Of a DNA stretch of 64,000 nt, positions 9,656 through 19,257 are shown one piece after another. The stretch comes from an uncultured Rivularia sp. (lineage in GTDB: Bacteria > Cyanobacteriota > Cyanobacteriia > Cyanobacteriales > Nostocaceae), in contig OY762007.1 in NCBI GenBank assembly GCA_963665115.1, positions 6,784,001-6,848,000 on the forward strand. Direction: 5' to 3'. Position 1 is the first letter of the stretch; each line of letters starts with the position of its first letter. A program made the position numbers and the translations under genes. Below the pieces are notes generated by a model. It saw only the letters and a list, made by a program, of their open reading frames with translations. It searched no databases and was not told where the DNA came from.

Positions 9656-10306
9656 ATGCTCTTAAGCATTAAACGTATTGATGTTCCACCAGGACAACGT
9701 GTGTTGTTACGTGATGTCACCTGGCAAGAGTTTGAAACAATTCTTGATGAATTGGGAGAACATCGCGCTGCACGTGTTGCTTATGACCGAGGAGTATTAG
9801 AAATTATGGCACCCTTGCCAGAACATGAAGATGATAAAGAAATCATTGGTGATTTAGTAAAAGTACTTTTAGAAGAACTAGATATTGAATTTAGAAGTCT
9901 TGGTTCTACAACTTTTAAAAATCAAGCAATGCTTCAGGGAATAGAACCAGATCAATGTTTTTATATTCAAAATGAAAGTAAAATTCGTGGTAAAAAGCGA
10001 CTCGATCTAACACAAGATCCACCACCCGATTTAGCTTTAGAAATCGATCTTACTTCTCGGACTCATCCAAGTATTTATGCAGCGTTGAAAGTGCCGGAAT
10101 TGTGGCGATTTGAAAAAGGTAAACTACAAATAAATTTACTGCAAAATGAGTCTTATGTTGTATCTGAGCAAAGTCAGAATTTTCCTAATTTTTATTTAGC
10201 TAAAGTTCTACCGGAATATCTTGAACAAAGTAGAGTAGCTGGTCGAAATTCTGCGATTAAAGCTTTTAGAAATTGGGTGAGAGAGCAATTAAAAAATTTA
10301 TATTAA
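9656..10306 (+). CDS. Uma2 family (DUF820) endonuclease-like protein
   Basis: VTWQEFE, LEIMAPLPEHE, EPDQCFYI, PPPDLALEID, VPELWRF. Confidence 0.92.
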   Translation: MLLSIKRIDVPPGQRVLLRDVTWQEFETILDELGEHRAARVAYDRGVLEIMAPLPEHEDDKEIIGDLVKVLLEELDIEFRSLGSTTFKNQAMLQGIEPDQCFYIQNESKIRGKKRLDLTQDPPPDLALEIDLTSRTHPSIYAALKVPELWRFEKGKLQINLLQNESYVVSEQSQNFPNFYLAKVLPEYLEQSRVAGRNSAIKAFRNWVREQLKNLY

Positions 10307-10332
10307 CTATTAATTCGTTTAGCTATCAAAAA

Positions 10333-10447
10333 CGCCTTGGAATCAATTTCCAGGCTCAAAAACAAAGTCTGATAAATCAGACTGAGTAATGCTTTTAGTG
10401 CGTTTCAACGTACTTTGCATATCAGCCCTGAAATTAATTCCGAGGCG
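10333..10447. repeat. REP-like dyad element (two inverted arms, each with internal hairpins)
   Basis: cgccttggaatcaatttccaggct ... agccctgaaattaattccgaggcg imperfect inverted repeat. Confidence 0.7.
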
Positions 10448-10536
10448 GGTTTGGGGCTAGTTAAAAATGCTGCAAGATGTAACTTAACTAATTTTGCTAA
10501 TATCTAAGTAATAACACTGGTACAGACCCCAGCATC

Positions 10537-11310
10537 ATGATTAAGCGACTTTGGCGGTGGTTTAATAATTTTTGGCAGCGTTTATTTAGTAGAAATCCTC
10601 CCAAACCGGATATTAGCGTAAAACCACGCGAGTTGTTGACAGATGCGGAATATGAATCATTATTTCTTCAGTTGTTGGATGGGGTGAATGATGAAAGCTG
10701 GAGTCGGGGACAGGTTAAAGCTTTTTTGGATTGGAATAATATTGTTGAATCGGATTTAGTGGAATGGTTGCGGGGTTTTGGCAAGAGGTTATTGGCTGGA
10801 AATGGGGAGAATCATGAGTTAGCACAGCGGATGCTGCGGTTGAGTGAAGTTGGTTTTGGGGAGTTGAGTCAGGTTGCTGGTGAAATTGGGAGGAAGTTGT
10901 TAGATAAAGGGGAAGAAGGAGAAGAAAAGGGAGAAGCGGAAGTTTGGTTTGATAGAGGTGTTGAGCAGTTTGAAACTGGGGATTTTGAACAAGCCATTGA
11001 ATCTTTTGACAAAGCAGTTGAATTTAAACCTGACTACCACGAAGCTTGGTTAGACCGGGGTGTTGCGCTGTTTCAATTGGAAAGGTTTGAAGAAGCGATC
11101 GCATCTTATGACAAAGCTGTTGAAATTAAACCTGACTACTACGAAGCTTGGTACAACCGGGGTGGCTTTAATTTATCGCTTCGTGCGCCGATAATAAGAC
11201 TAGTACCGCTGCGCGGAAGTAAAAAGTCAAAAGTAAGAAGTAAAAAGTATTATATGATAAGGCTTTCAAACTTTTTAAATGGGTGCTTTATTTACGCCGT
11301 ACTGTACTAG
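10537..11310 (+). pseudogene. TPR repeat protein, apparently truncated after the start of the third TPR; tail read through a MITE-like repeat
   Basis: AIESFDKAVEFKPDYHEAW / AIASYDKAVEIKPDYYEAWYNRG, then non-TPR sequence encoded by the 11200-11310 element. Confidence 0.6.
11200..11310. mobile_element. 111-bp MITE-like element bounded by CTAG with imperfect 23-bp terminal inverted repeats
   Basis: Left CTAGTACCGCTGCGCGGAAGTAA; right (revcomp) CTAGTACAGTACGGCGTAAATAA. Confidence 0.65.
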
Positions 11311-11373
11311 TAAAATTTTATATTGCCATACATCCCCGAAATTGATGTCGTTATTTCACACCTATCAACATAT

Positions 11374-11622
11374 ATGAAAGCAATCGAAACCACAGCTACA
11401 ATTAATGAAAATGGCGAACTTAAACTAGATTATTCGCTAGAAGTTACCAAACCACAGCGCGTTCGTATTATTGTTTTGCTTTCCGAAGATGACGAAACCG
11501 AGGATTTAGATGAAACACCGACAGAAATAGCTATAGAAGGTATTCATCAAGGGATACGAGAAGCATTAAACGGACAAACTATTCCCCTTTCAGAAATGTG
11601 GGATGGAATTGATGCAGAGTGA
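11374..11622 (+). CDS. Putative type II antitoxin (acidic small protein)
   Basis: MKAIETTATINENGEL...GQTIPLSEMWDGIDAE; stop overlaps the start of the RelE-like gene. Confidence 0.7.
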   Translation: MKAIETTATINENGELKLDYSLEVTKPQRVRIIVLLSEDDETEDLDETPTEIAIEGIHQGIREALNGQTIPLSEMWDGIDAE

Positions 11623-11991
11623 ATCATCACCGATCCAAATCGCTCTTACACCTCGTTTTAAAAAGGATCTACGAGAACTTGCTAAACGCTATCGCTCAAT
11701 TCGTAGCGATATCCAACCTTTAATTGAGCAGCTTCAAGCTGGTGAAATCCCGTAGGATGTAGAATTGCTGGAGTTAAATATCAGGTTTTCAAAGTTCGTC
11801 TCAAAAATAGCAATATTCAAAAAGGAAAAAGTGGAGGCTATAGAGTAATTTACTATTTGAAAACCGATTGGGGAATAATCCTTGCTACAATCTATTCTAA
11901 ATCCGATATTTCTGATGTCGGTAATCAAACAATTGAAGAAGCGATTGAACAATACGAACAAGAAATCCAAATAAAAGATAGCCCAAACTAG
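11612..11991 (+). pseudogene. RelE/HigB-family toxin, reading frame broken near 11750-11760 (not in ORF track)
   Basis: MQSESSPIQIALTPRFKKDLRELAKRYRSIRSD...AGEIP stop, then from 11761 RIAGVKYQVFKVRLKNSNIQKGKSGGYRVIYY...IYSKSD to TAG at 11989-11991. Confidence 0.8.
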
Positions 11992-12120
11992 CACTACTTT
12001 CTTAAGTTAAAAATAGAGTCGCGACATTAATTTGTAAGATTACCACAATAATTTGTGAAACGCGACATTTAATTTGTGAATGTACACGTGGGGAATTACG
12101 CGAGTTAGTTAAATCCAAAA

Positions 12121-12192
12121 AGCCAGCAGTCGGATTTGAACCGACGACCTACGCATTACAAGTGCGTTGCTCTACCACTGAGCCATGCTGGC
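12121..12192 (-). tRNA. trnT: tRNA-Thr (anticodon TGT)
   Basis: Revcomp GCCAGCATGGCTCAGTGGTAGAGCAACGCACTTGTAATGCGTAGGTCGTCGGTTCAAATCCGACTGCTGGCT: acceptor stem, D arm, TGT anticodon loop, GGTTCAAATCC T arm; CCA not encoded. Confidence 0.96.
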
Positions 12193-12652
12193 GAAAGTCA
12201 CACTTTGTAATTGTACCAGAAAAAATTATATTGTAAAGCTCTTATTAAATATCAATCCGAAAGTAGCTTTCATCAAAAATAATTGATTGATTAATAGGTA
12301 ATTATCGCTGTTTATCCCCTAACTTCCTCTTCAAATTTAATTAGCAGATAAGGCAAAGATTTTTCTCTGCCTAGAGAGTGATTTACCCAAACCTAAAAGC
12401 ACAGTTATTGTGATAGAAAAATAATAGAATCTCGAACATTAAAAAAAATCGAACTGTACTGCCACTTCTACAATTTATCTGAGATCGACGAACCGCAAGC
12501 AATGAATGGCGAGCAGTTGATTGATATTGATGGTTAGGGTGTGGTACTACAACCAATCAACTCCTTTTATCTTCTTGGTAGGGACTTTAGACAAATGTTC
12601 GTGCCTATTAACTGTTGATTGATAGAATTGTTTATTTTGTAACTGAAAAAGT

Positions 12653-13579
12653 ATGACAGCATTAAGCCAAAGAGATTTATTAGGCATAGCAGATTTGAAT
12701 CAGGTGGAGGTTGAAGAACTTTTGCAAATGGCAACGAGGTTGAAATCACAACAGTTGAAGTTGCAGTGTAATAAAGTATTGGGACTTTTGTTTAAGAAAG
12801 CTTCTACTAGAACCAGAGTCAGTTTTACGGTTGCAATGTATCAATTAGGCGGACAGGTGATTGACCTTAATCCTAACGTTACTCAAGTTAGTCGCGGCGA
12901 ACCAATTCAAGATACGGCAAGAGTTTTGGATAGATATCTTGATATTTTGGCAATTCGTACCTTTGAACAAGAAGAATTACAAACCTTCGCAAATTATGCC
13001 CGAATTCCGGTAATCAATGCTCTGACAGATTTAGAGCATCCCTGTCAAATATTGGCGGATTTGTTAACAATTCAGGAGGAATTTCAAACTTTAAAGGGTT
13101 TGACTTTAACTTATGTCGGCGACGGTAACAATGTCGCAAATTCTTTGCTGTTGGGCTGTGCTTTGGTTGGAATGAACGTGAAAATAGCCACTCCGGGCGG
13201 ATACGAACCTTCAGCAAATATTGTGGAACAAGCACGGGCAATTTCAGATGGAAAAACTGAAGTTATTATTACCAAAGATCCTCAAATAGCCGCAAAGAAT
13301 GCTAATATACTTTATACTGATGTATGGGCAAGTATGGGGCAAGAAGAAGAAGCAGACGATCGAATGCCAATTTTCAAACCCTACCAAATTAATCAGGAAT
13401 TGTTGAGTTTTGCTGACCCAAAAGCGATTGTTTTGCACTGTTTACCAGCGCATCGCGATGAGGAAATAACAAATGATGTTATTGAAGGCGAACATTCGCG
13501 GGTTTGGGAACAAGCAGAGAATCGACTCCACGCTCAAAAGGCTTTACTTGCCAGTATCTTAGACGCGGAACAAGTTTAA
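12653..13579 (+). CDS. argF: Ornithine carbamoyltransferase
   Basis: STRTRVSF, HPCQ, YTDVWASMGQE, HCLP, QAENRLH. Confidence 0.97.
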   Translation: MTALSQRDLLGIADLNQVEVEELLQMATRLKSQQLKLQCNKVLGLLFKKASTRTRVSFTVAMYQLGGQVIDLNPNVTQVSRGEPIQDTARVLDRYLDILAIRTFEQEELQTFANYARIPVINALTDLEHPCQILADLLTIQEEFQTLKGLTLTYVGDGNNVANSLLLGCALVGMNVKIATPGGYEPSANIVEQARAISDGKTEVIITKDPQIAAKNANILYTDVWASMGQEEEADDRMPIFKPYQINQELLSFADPKAIVLHCLPAHRDEEITNDVIEGEHSRVWEQAENRLHAQKALLASILDAEQV

Positions 13580-13714
13580 ATTTGAGGAAGACGGATTTTG
13601 GATTTTCTCTTAATTACGATCCAAAATCTCCCCGGTTTACACTTCTAATTCTAAATTTATTTAAAAAATTGCAATATAAAAGGCAAAAAACTTTGCCGTT
13701 ATGAGGTTTTTTGT

Positions 13715-13728
13715 AGTACTAATGTTCT
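13715..13728 (+). promoter_or_regulatory. LexA box upstream of lexA
   Basis: AGTACTAATGTTCT fits the Anabaena-type consensus RGTAC-N3-DGTWCB, 33 bp before the ATG. Confidence 0.85.
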
Positions 13729-13761
13729 AAGGACATTTGTATTTTACTTCCCTATAAATTT

Positions 13762-14370
13762 ATGGACAAACTGACAGAAGCACAAAGAGAACTTTACGAT
13801 TGGCTGACGGAATATATCCGAATGCGTCAGCATTCACCTTCAATTCGTCAGATGATGCAAGCGATGAATTTGAAGTCACCAGCACCTATTCAAAGCCGTT
13901 TGGAGCATTTACGCAACAAAGGATATATTGAGTGGAGTGAAGGGAAAGCACGGACAATTAGAGTTTTGCATCCCGAAGAACCCGGCGTACCGATTTTGGG
14001 AACCATAGCTGCTGGTGGTTTAATCGAACCCTTTACCGATGCTGTGGAACATTTGGATTTTAAAGAGATAAAATTACCATTCCAAACTTATGCTTTGCGG
14101 GTAACTGGCGACAGCATGGTTGAGGATTCCATAGTTGATGGAGACATGGTATTTCTGCGTCCGGTACAGGAACCAGATATGCTCAAAGATGGTACCATCG
14201 TCGCCGCAATGGTAGACGGGCACGGTACGACATTAAAGCGGTTTTATCGTACAAGCAGCGAACGTATTACCCTCGAACCTGCAAACCCCAAATATCAGCC
14301 AATTGAAGTTGATGCAGGGCAGGTACAGGTGCAAGGTTCTTTAGTTGCCGTTTGGCGTAATTACAACTGA
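13762..14370 (+). CDS. lexA: SOS repressor LexA
   Basis: N-terminal wHTH (SPSIRQMMQAM), IAAG cleavage site, GDSM serine, TLKR lysine. Confidence 0.97.
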   Translation: MDKLTEAQRELYDWLTEYIRMRQHSPSIRQMMQAMNLKSPAPIQSRLEHLRNKGYIEWSEGKARTIRVLHPEEPGVPILGTIAAGGLIEPFTDAVEHLDFKEIKLPFQTYALRVTGDSMVEDSIVDGDMVFLRPVQEPDMLKDGTIVAAMVDGHGTTLKRFYRTSSERITLEPANPKYQPIEVDAGQVQVQGSLVAVWRNYN

Positions 14371-14555
14371 AGTAGGGCATTGGGCATGGGAATAGTGAAG
14401 AGTTAGGAATTAGGAGTTATGAGTAGTAAGTAGAGAGTAGTGAGTAGTAAGTTATGAATTTTTATTCTACCCCCTCTACCCCCTTCTCCTTGTCCCCCCA
14501 TCCCCCATGCCTTTAATTAAGAATCATTAATCACCGCCAGGGTAGCTGCCATTTT

Positions 14556-16043
14556 ATGTATTTGACGCAAAAAAAATATCATCAGGCACCAATCACTTTT
14601 CGTCTGAAAATTCCTTATCGTGCAGGGGAAAAGAAGGGTACTTATCAAGCAAAACAGCTATTGCCGGGATGTCCGAAAATTCCGCCATCTCTGCAATTGC
14701 GAGATTACCAAAAGCAAGCTGTAAATAATTGGTTTGCGAATAATGGTAGGGGTACTTTAAAAATGGCGACTGGTAGCGGTAAAACTATCACGGCACTGGC
14801 AATTACTTGGGAATTATATAGTCAAATAAATTTGCAAGTATTGTTAGTGGTGTGCCCTTACCGTCATCTTGTCACCCAATGGGCGCGGGAATGCGAAAAG
14901 TTTGGTTTAAAGCCGATTTTAGCTTTTGAAAATGTCCGCACTTGGCAAACGCAACTTTCGGAGCAGCTTTACAATGTGCGTTCTAGTTCTCAACAGTTTC
15001 TCACAATTGTTACTACTAATTCAACGTTGATAAGTGATGGTTTCCAATCTCAATTAAAATACTTTCCTGAAAAAACTTTGATTATTGGCGATGAAGCGCA
15101 TAATTTGGGTTCGCCAAAGTTAGAAGAAAGTTTACCGCATAGTGTTGGATTAAGGTTGGGGTTATCTGCCACACCGGAAAGATATTTTGATGAGGTAGGA
15201 ACGGTGGCGGTATTTAATTATTTTGGTGCGGTTTTGCAACCGGAATTTACTTTGAGAGATGCGATTACTCAAGGTGCTTTGGTACGCTATCTTTATTATC
15301 CGATATTGATAGAATTAACTGAATCTGAAAGTCTTGCTTATGCCAAATTGACGCGGAAGATTGGGCGGGTTTTGATGTATAAGCAGCGAGAAAGTGGCGA
15401 TTTGATTAATATTGAAGATAATGAAGATATCAAATCTTTATTAATTCAGCGTGCAAGGTTGGTAAGTGCCGCTGAAAATAAATTAAATGCTTTGCGGGAA
15501 TTGATGTTAAGTCGTCGCGAAACTACTCATACATTATTTTATTGCAGCGATGGCTCTCAAGAAGCGGAAGGGCGTGCGAATTTACGTCAATTGAAGGAAG
15601 TAACTCGCATTTTAGGAGTCGAGTTGGGTTATAGAGTTAGTACCTATACGGCAGAAACTTCTTTGGTAGAGAGAGAAGCTTTAAGAAGTCAATTTGAAAG
15701 TGGAGAATTACAAGGTTTAGTTGCAATTCGCTGTCTGGATGAAGGAGTTGATATTCCAGCGATTAAAACAGCCGTGATCTTAGCAAGTTCGAGCAATCCC
15801 CGTCAATTTATCCAGCGGCGGGGAAGAGTTTTACGTCCTCATCCAGGTAAGGAACGTGCAACTATATTCGATATGATTGTACTGCCTCCAGATTTAGATC
15901 GAAAGACTTTAGAAGTGGAGCGTAATTTGTTGAGAAAGGAATTGCGGCGCTTTGTTGAGTTTGCCGATTTAGCTGACAATGCTGGTGAAGCAAGGATGAA
16001 ATTGCTGGATTTACAAAAGCGGTATGGATTGATGGATGTTTAA
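14556..16043 (+). CDS. SF2 (DEAH, type III Res-like) helicase associated with DNA phosphorothioation; PbeA-like
   Basis: LRDYQ, MATGSGKT, GDEAH, GLSATP, LDEGVDIP, FIQRRGRVLR; context next to dnd genes; no nuclease domain recognised. Confidence 0.85.
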   Translation: MYLTQKKYHQAPITFRLKIPYRAGEKKGTYQAKQLLPGCPKIPPSLQLRDYQKQAVNNWFANNGRGTLKMATGSGKTITALAITWELYSQINLQVLLVVCPYRHLVTQWARECEKFGLKPILAFENVRTWQTQLSEQLYNVRSSSQQFLTIVTTNSTLISDGFQSQLKYFPEKTLIIGDEAHNLGSPKLEESLPHSVGLRLGLSATPERYFDEVGTVAVFNYFGAVLQPEFTLRDAITQGALVRYLYYPILIELTESESLAYAKLTRKIGRVLMYKQRESGDLINIEDNEDIKSLLIQRARLVSAAENKLNALRELMLSRRETTHTLFYCSDGSQEAEGRANLRQLKEVTRILGVELGYRVSTYTAETSLVEREALRSQFESGELQGLVAIRCLDEGVDIPAIKTAVILASSSNPRQFIQRRGRVLRPHPGKERATIFDMIVLPPDLDRKTLEVERNLLRKELRRFVEFADLADNAGEARMKLLDLQKRYGLMDV

Positions 16044-16387
16044 TTTGGGAATTGGGCATTGGGCAATGCGATTTTCTCAAAAAAATTTATTATTTTATTT
16101 ATTGTGAGAATAAAAATGCCCTTTATGTGGGATAATTAGATATAGAGATAAATACTTTTATAATGGAGAGAAAGTAATTTTTTTGAAGTGGCTAATATTT
16201 CCATTATGATAAAATACTCTATATAAAAATAATATCAGAAAAGCGTCTTTAAAATAAAAAATATTTTTTTGTGGGATATGTTAAAAAGCGATAAATAATT
16301 TGAGTTATAACGTCGCATTTAACGCACCACTTTAATAATAAGTTATATATAAGATTGTTATCTTTTAGTAATACACTAATCCTGGAT

Positions 16388-16449
16388 GGTGCGTTAGATG
16401 CATCAAAAATATCTTTTAGATTCATAAACAATCGTGCATCTTACACACC
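16388..16449. repeat. REP-like hairpin of the GGTGCGTTA...TAACGCACC family
   Basis: ggtgcgttagatgca ... tgcatcttacacacc; half copy taacgcacc at 16320-16328; relatives at 18944-19006 and 19152-19163. Confidence 0.65.
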
Positions 16450-16652
16450 TTACAAATTATATTTATTTTTGTATTAAAAATTGTTTCAGCAAAAAGCTTT
16501 AACAAAAGGATTTACAGTTTTAAATAATACATTTGTAAGAGAGTTGACTATTAATAATCAGCCTTGAAAGGATAATTAAAGCAAACATAGTTACAGTGAG
16601 TTTACGGATAACAGAGTATACCTACTCCAGGTAAAATATAGCTTAAATTGCT

Positions 16653-16841
16653 ATGTTAAAAACCGTGATGAAAAAACAGCATAATATAGATGAAGTACAA
16701 CAACCAATAAAGTGCGCTTCACCAGAAGTACGGCAAATTATCGAGCAAGTATGGCATTTAGAAAAAAGTAGACTTGATAAAAAAAGTTTTGGTCATATTA
16801 ACGAAGATATTTTAGCAATCGTTAAGGAAGCTGTAAAATGA
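16653..16841 (+). CDS. 62-aa protein translationally coupled to the ATPase (PbeB-like position)
   Basis: Stop overlaps the ATPase start (ATGA at 16838-16841); helical EVRQIIEQVWHLEK...EDILAIVKEAVK. Confidence 0.75.
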   Translation: MLKTVMKKQHNIDEVQQPIKCASPEVRQIIEQVWHLEKSRLDKKSFGHINEDILAIVKEAVK

Positions 16842-18901
16842 AGCTGACTTCTATCAAGCTTTGTAACTTTCGTTCTTTTTACGGTAAAACTTGTGAAATA
16901 ACTCTTGCTGGGACAAGCTCAAACAATACTACTATTATTTACGGTAATAATGGTGCGGGTAAAACGAGTTTGCTGAATGCATTTACATGGGTATTATACG
17001 AAAAGTTTAGTGCAGCTTTTGCTTCGATTGACCAACTTGTAAATAAAAGAGCGATCGCCGAAGCGAAAATTGGGCAAGGTGTGGAATGTTGGGTAGAGTT
17101 AGCGTGGGAACACGACAGCAAACGCTATCGAGTCAAACGTCAATGTCGAGTTTACAAACATGAAAATGATATTGACGTTGGTAAAACAGAAATATATATG
17201 CAGGTAGCGGGAGATGACGGTAGATGGTATCTTCCACCGCAACGACCGGAAGAGATTATCGGACAAATTTTACCTGCTAGTTTACATCAATACTTTTTTT
17301 TCGATGGCGAAAGAATTGAAGAAATAGTTCGTTCGGATAAGAAGGCGGAAATTGCGGAAGCTACTAAAATATTTTTGGGTGTAGAGGTAATAAATCGTTC
17401 AATTCGACATTTACAAGAAGCCAAGAAAAGTTTAGAAAATGAGTTGAGAATAATCGGTGATTCGGAAATTAAAAAGTTATTGAAACAGCAGGGTAAAATT
17501 GAGCTTGAAATTGAAATAATTAGCAAACGTCAGCAAGAAATTATTAAAGAATTAGAATATCAAAATACTTTTAAAAAAGAAACTAGTAAACGTTTGCGGG
17601 AATTGAATGCGGCAAAGGATTTACAGGAAAGGCGGCAGGAATTAGAAAAACAAAAAGCGTCGCATCAAGATAATTTACGACAAACTAGAGAAACTATCAA
17701 AAAAGCCATCTCCACACGCGGCTATACAGTATTGTTACCGGAAACAACAGTACAGTTTCGAGAAATTATCGATAATTTGAAGCAGAAGGGAAAGTTAACT
17801 ACAGGGATTTCGCGAGAGTTTATTCAAGAGCTATTAAAATCAAGTAGCTGTATTTGCGGTACGAGTTTGAATGAAGATACAACTCGCGTAAATGTCGAAA
17901 CCTGGTTAGAGAAAGCAGGCTCCTCGGAAGTCGAAGAAACAGCAATTAGAATCAGCGCTCAAGTTGATGAAATTGACAAACAAGTAGCATTATTCTGGGA
18001 AGAAATTGATAAGGAACAAGCTAGAATTAGTCAGTTAAGACAGGTTATTGCTGAAATTGAAGCAGAGTTAGACAATATTGAAGAAAGATTAAGAAAAGAT
18101 CCTAGTGAAGAGATTAGAAGTTTACAAAAGCGTTTAGATAAAATTGAAGAAAAAATTACAGAATTAACTTTAGAGCAAGGTGCCAACCAGCAAAAAGTAA
18201 TTAACCTAAAAACCGAATTAGAAAGTTTAAATAAACAAATATCCAAGCAGAAATTAAACGAAGAAAAGCAGATATTAGCACAGCGTCGCATCAGCGCCAC
18301 ACAAGACGCGATCGATAGATTAACTCAAGTCAAAGTTTTGCAGGAAGAGCAATTCCGCTTGCAATTAGAAAAACGAGTGCAGGAGATATTTAGCGAAATT
18401 TCCTTTACACCTTATATTCCCACAATCAGCGAAAAATACGAATTAACGTTAATAGAAAATACTTCTGGTTTAGCAATGCCAGTTGCAGCATCTACCGGAG
18501 AAAATCAAGTTCTCAGTTTATCGTTTATTAGCAGCATTATCGATCGAGTGCGGGATTGGAGTCAAAATAAAATGCTCATGGTAGCCGATAGCAGCACGTT
18601 TCCAATTGTTATGGATTCACCTTTTGGAAGCTTAGATGTAATTTACCGAAAGCACATAGCTCAAATCATTCCGAAATTAGCAAATCAATTAATCGTATTA
18701 GTTACTAAAACGCAATGGAGGGGTGAAGTAGAAGACGAAATGTCATACCGAGTTGGTAGAGAATATGTTTTGACTTATTATTCTTCCAAACCCGATTGCG
18801 AACAAGATTTTATTGAATTAAGCGGAGACAGATATATGCTGGTAAAGCAAAGCCCAAATAATTTTGAATATAGTGAAATTGTGGAAGTTGAGAGAGAGTA
18901 A
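16838..18901 (+). CDS. Rad50/SMC-like ABC ATPase with central CxC motif; DndD paralog, PbeC-like
   Basis: NFRSF, Walker A GNNGAGKTS, YFFFDGE, long coiled coils with CICG at the apex, signature ASTGENQ, Walker B VMDSPFGSLD. Confidence 0.9.
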   Translation: MKLTSIKLCNFRSFYGKTCEITLAGTSSNNTTIIYGNNGAGKTSLLNAFTWVLYEKFSAAFASIDQLVNKRAIAEAKIGQGVECWVELAWEHDSKRYRVKRQCRVYKHENDIDVGKTEIYMQVAGDDGRWYLPPQRPEEIIGQILPASLHQYFFFDGERIEEIVRSDKKAEIAEATKIFLGVEVINRSIRHLQEAKKSLENELRIIGDSEIKKLLKQQGKIELEIEIISKRQQEIIKELEYQNTFKKETSKRLRELNAAKDLQERRQELEKQKASHQDNLRQTRETIKKAISTRGYTVLLPETTVQFREIIDNLKQKGKLTTGISREFIQELLKSSSCICGTSLNEDTTRVNVETWLEKAGSSEVEETAIRISAQVDEIDKQVALFWEEIDKEQARISQLRQVIAEIEAELDNIEERLRKDPSEEIRSLQKRLDKIEEKITELTLEQGANQQKVINLKTELESLNKQISKQKLNEEKQILAQRRISATQDAIDRLTQVKVLQEEQFRLQLEKRVQEIFSEISFTPYIPTISEKYELTLIENTSGLAMPVAASTGENQVLSLSFISSIIDRVRDWSQNKMLMVADSSTFPIVMDSPFGSLDVIYRKHIAQIIPKLANQLIVLVTKTQWRGEVEDEMSYRVGREYVLTYYSSKPDCEQDFIELSGDRYMLVKQSPNNFEYSEIVEVERE

Positions 18902-18958
18902 TCAATAAACAATGAACAATTATCAATAAACATTATGTTGTAAGGTGAGTTACGGCAC

Positions 18959-19231
18959 GAGAAACTTTGATTTTAAGTTATAAGTTAGAAAATGTCGTAA
19001 CGCACCAATATTCGGATTAAAAAACCGCAGAGGCGCAGAGAGTGCTGAGGTAAGAATTAAAGAGAGTTGGTAATTTTAAACTAACAGAATATCTAATATT
19101 TAATTTAAAGAAGCAAAGAAAATTTGATTTTAGGTTATGACTTATGAAATACCGTAACGCACCAATATTCGGATTAAAAAACCGCAGAGGCGCAGAGAGC
19201 GCTGAGGAAGAGTGAAAGAGAGTTGGTAATT
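18959..19231 (+). repeat. Imperfect approx. 115-bp direct repeat (two copies) between the ATPase and its partner gene
   Basis: cgtaacgcaccaatattcggattaaaaa(a)ccgcagaggcgcagagag(t/c)gctgagg...aaagagagttggtaatt in about 18959-19075 and 19117-19231. Confidence 0.85.
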
Positions 19232-19257
19232 GATAATTGATAATTGATAATTGAAAA

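Noticed and set aside
11734..11994. 86-aa minus-strand ORF
   Set aside because: It is the shadow of the plus-strand RelE-like toxin C-terminal half.
10300..12192. Integrative element at tRNA-Thr
   Set aside because: No integrase and no duplicate of the tRNA 3' end found by eye in the window.
18959..19231. Mini-CRISPR or attL/attR pair
   Set aside because: Only two long imperfect copies about 40 bp apart; no integrase or cargo between them.
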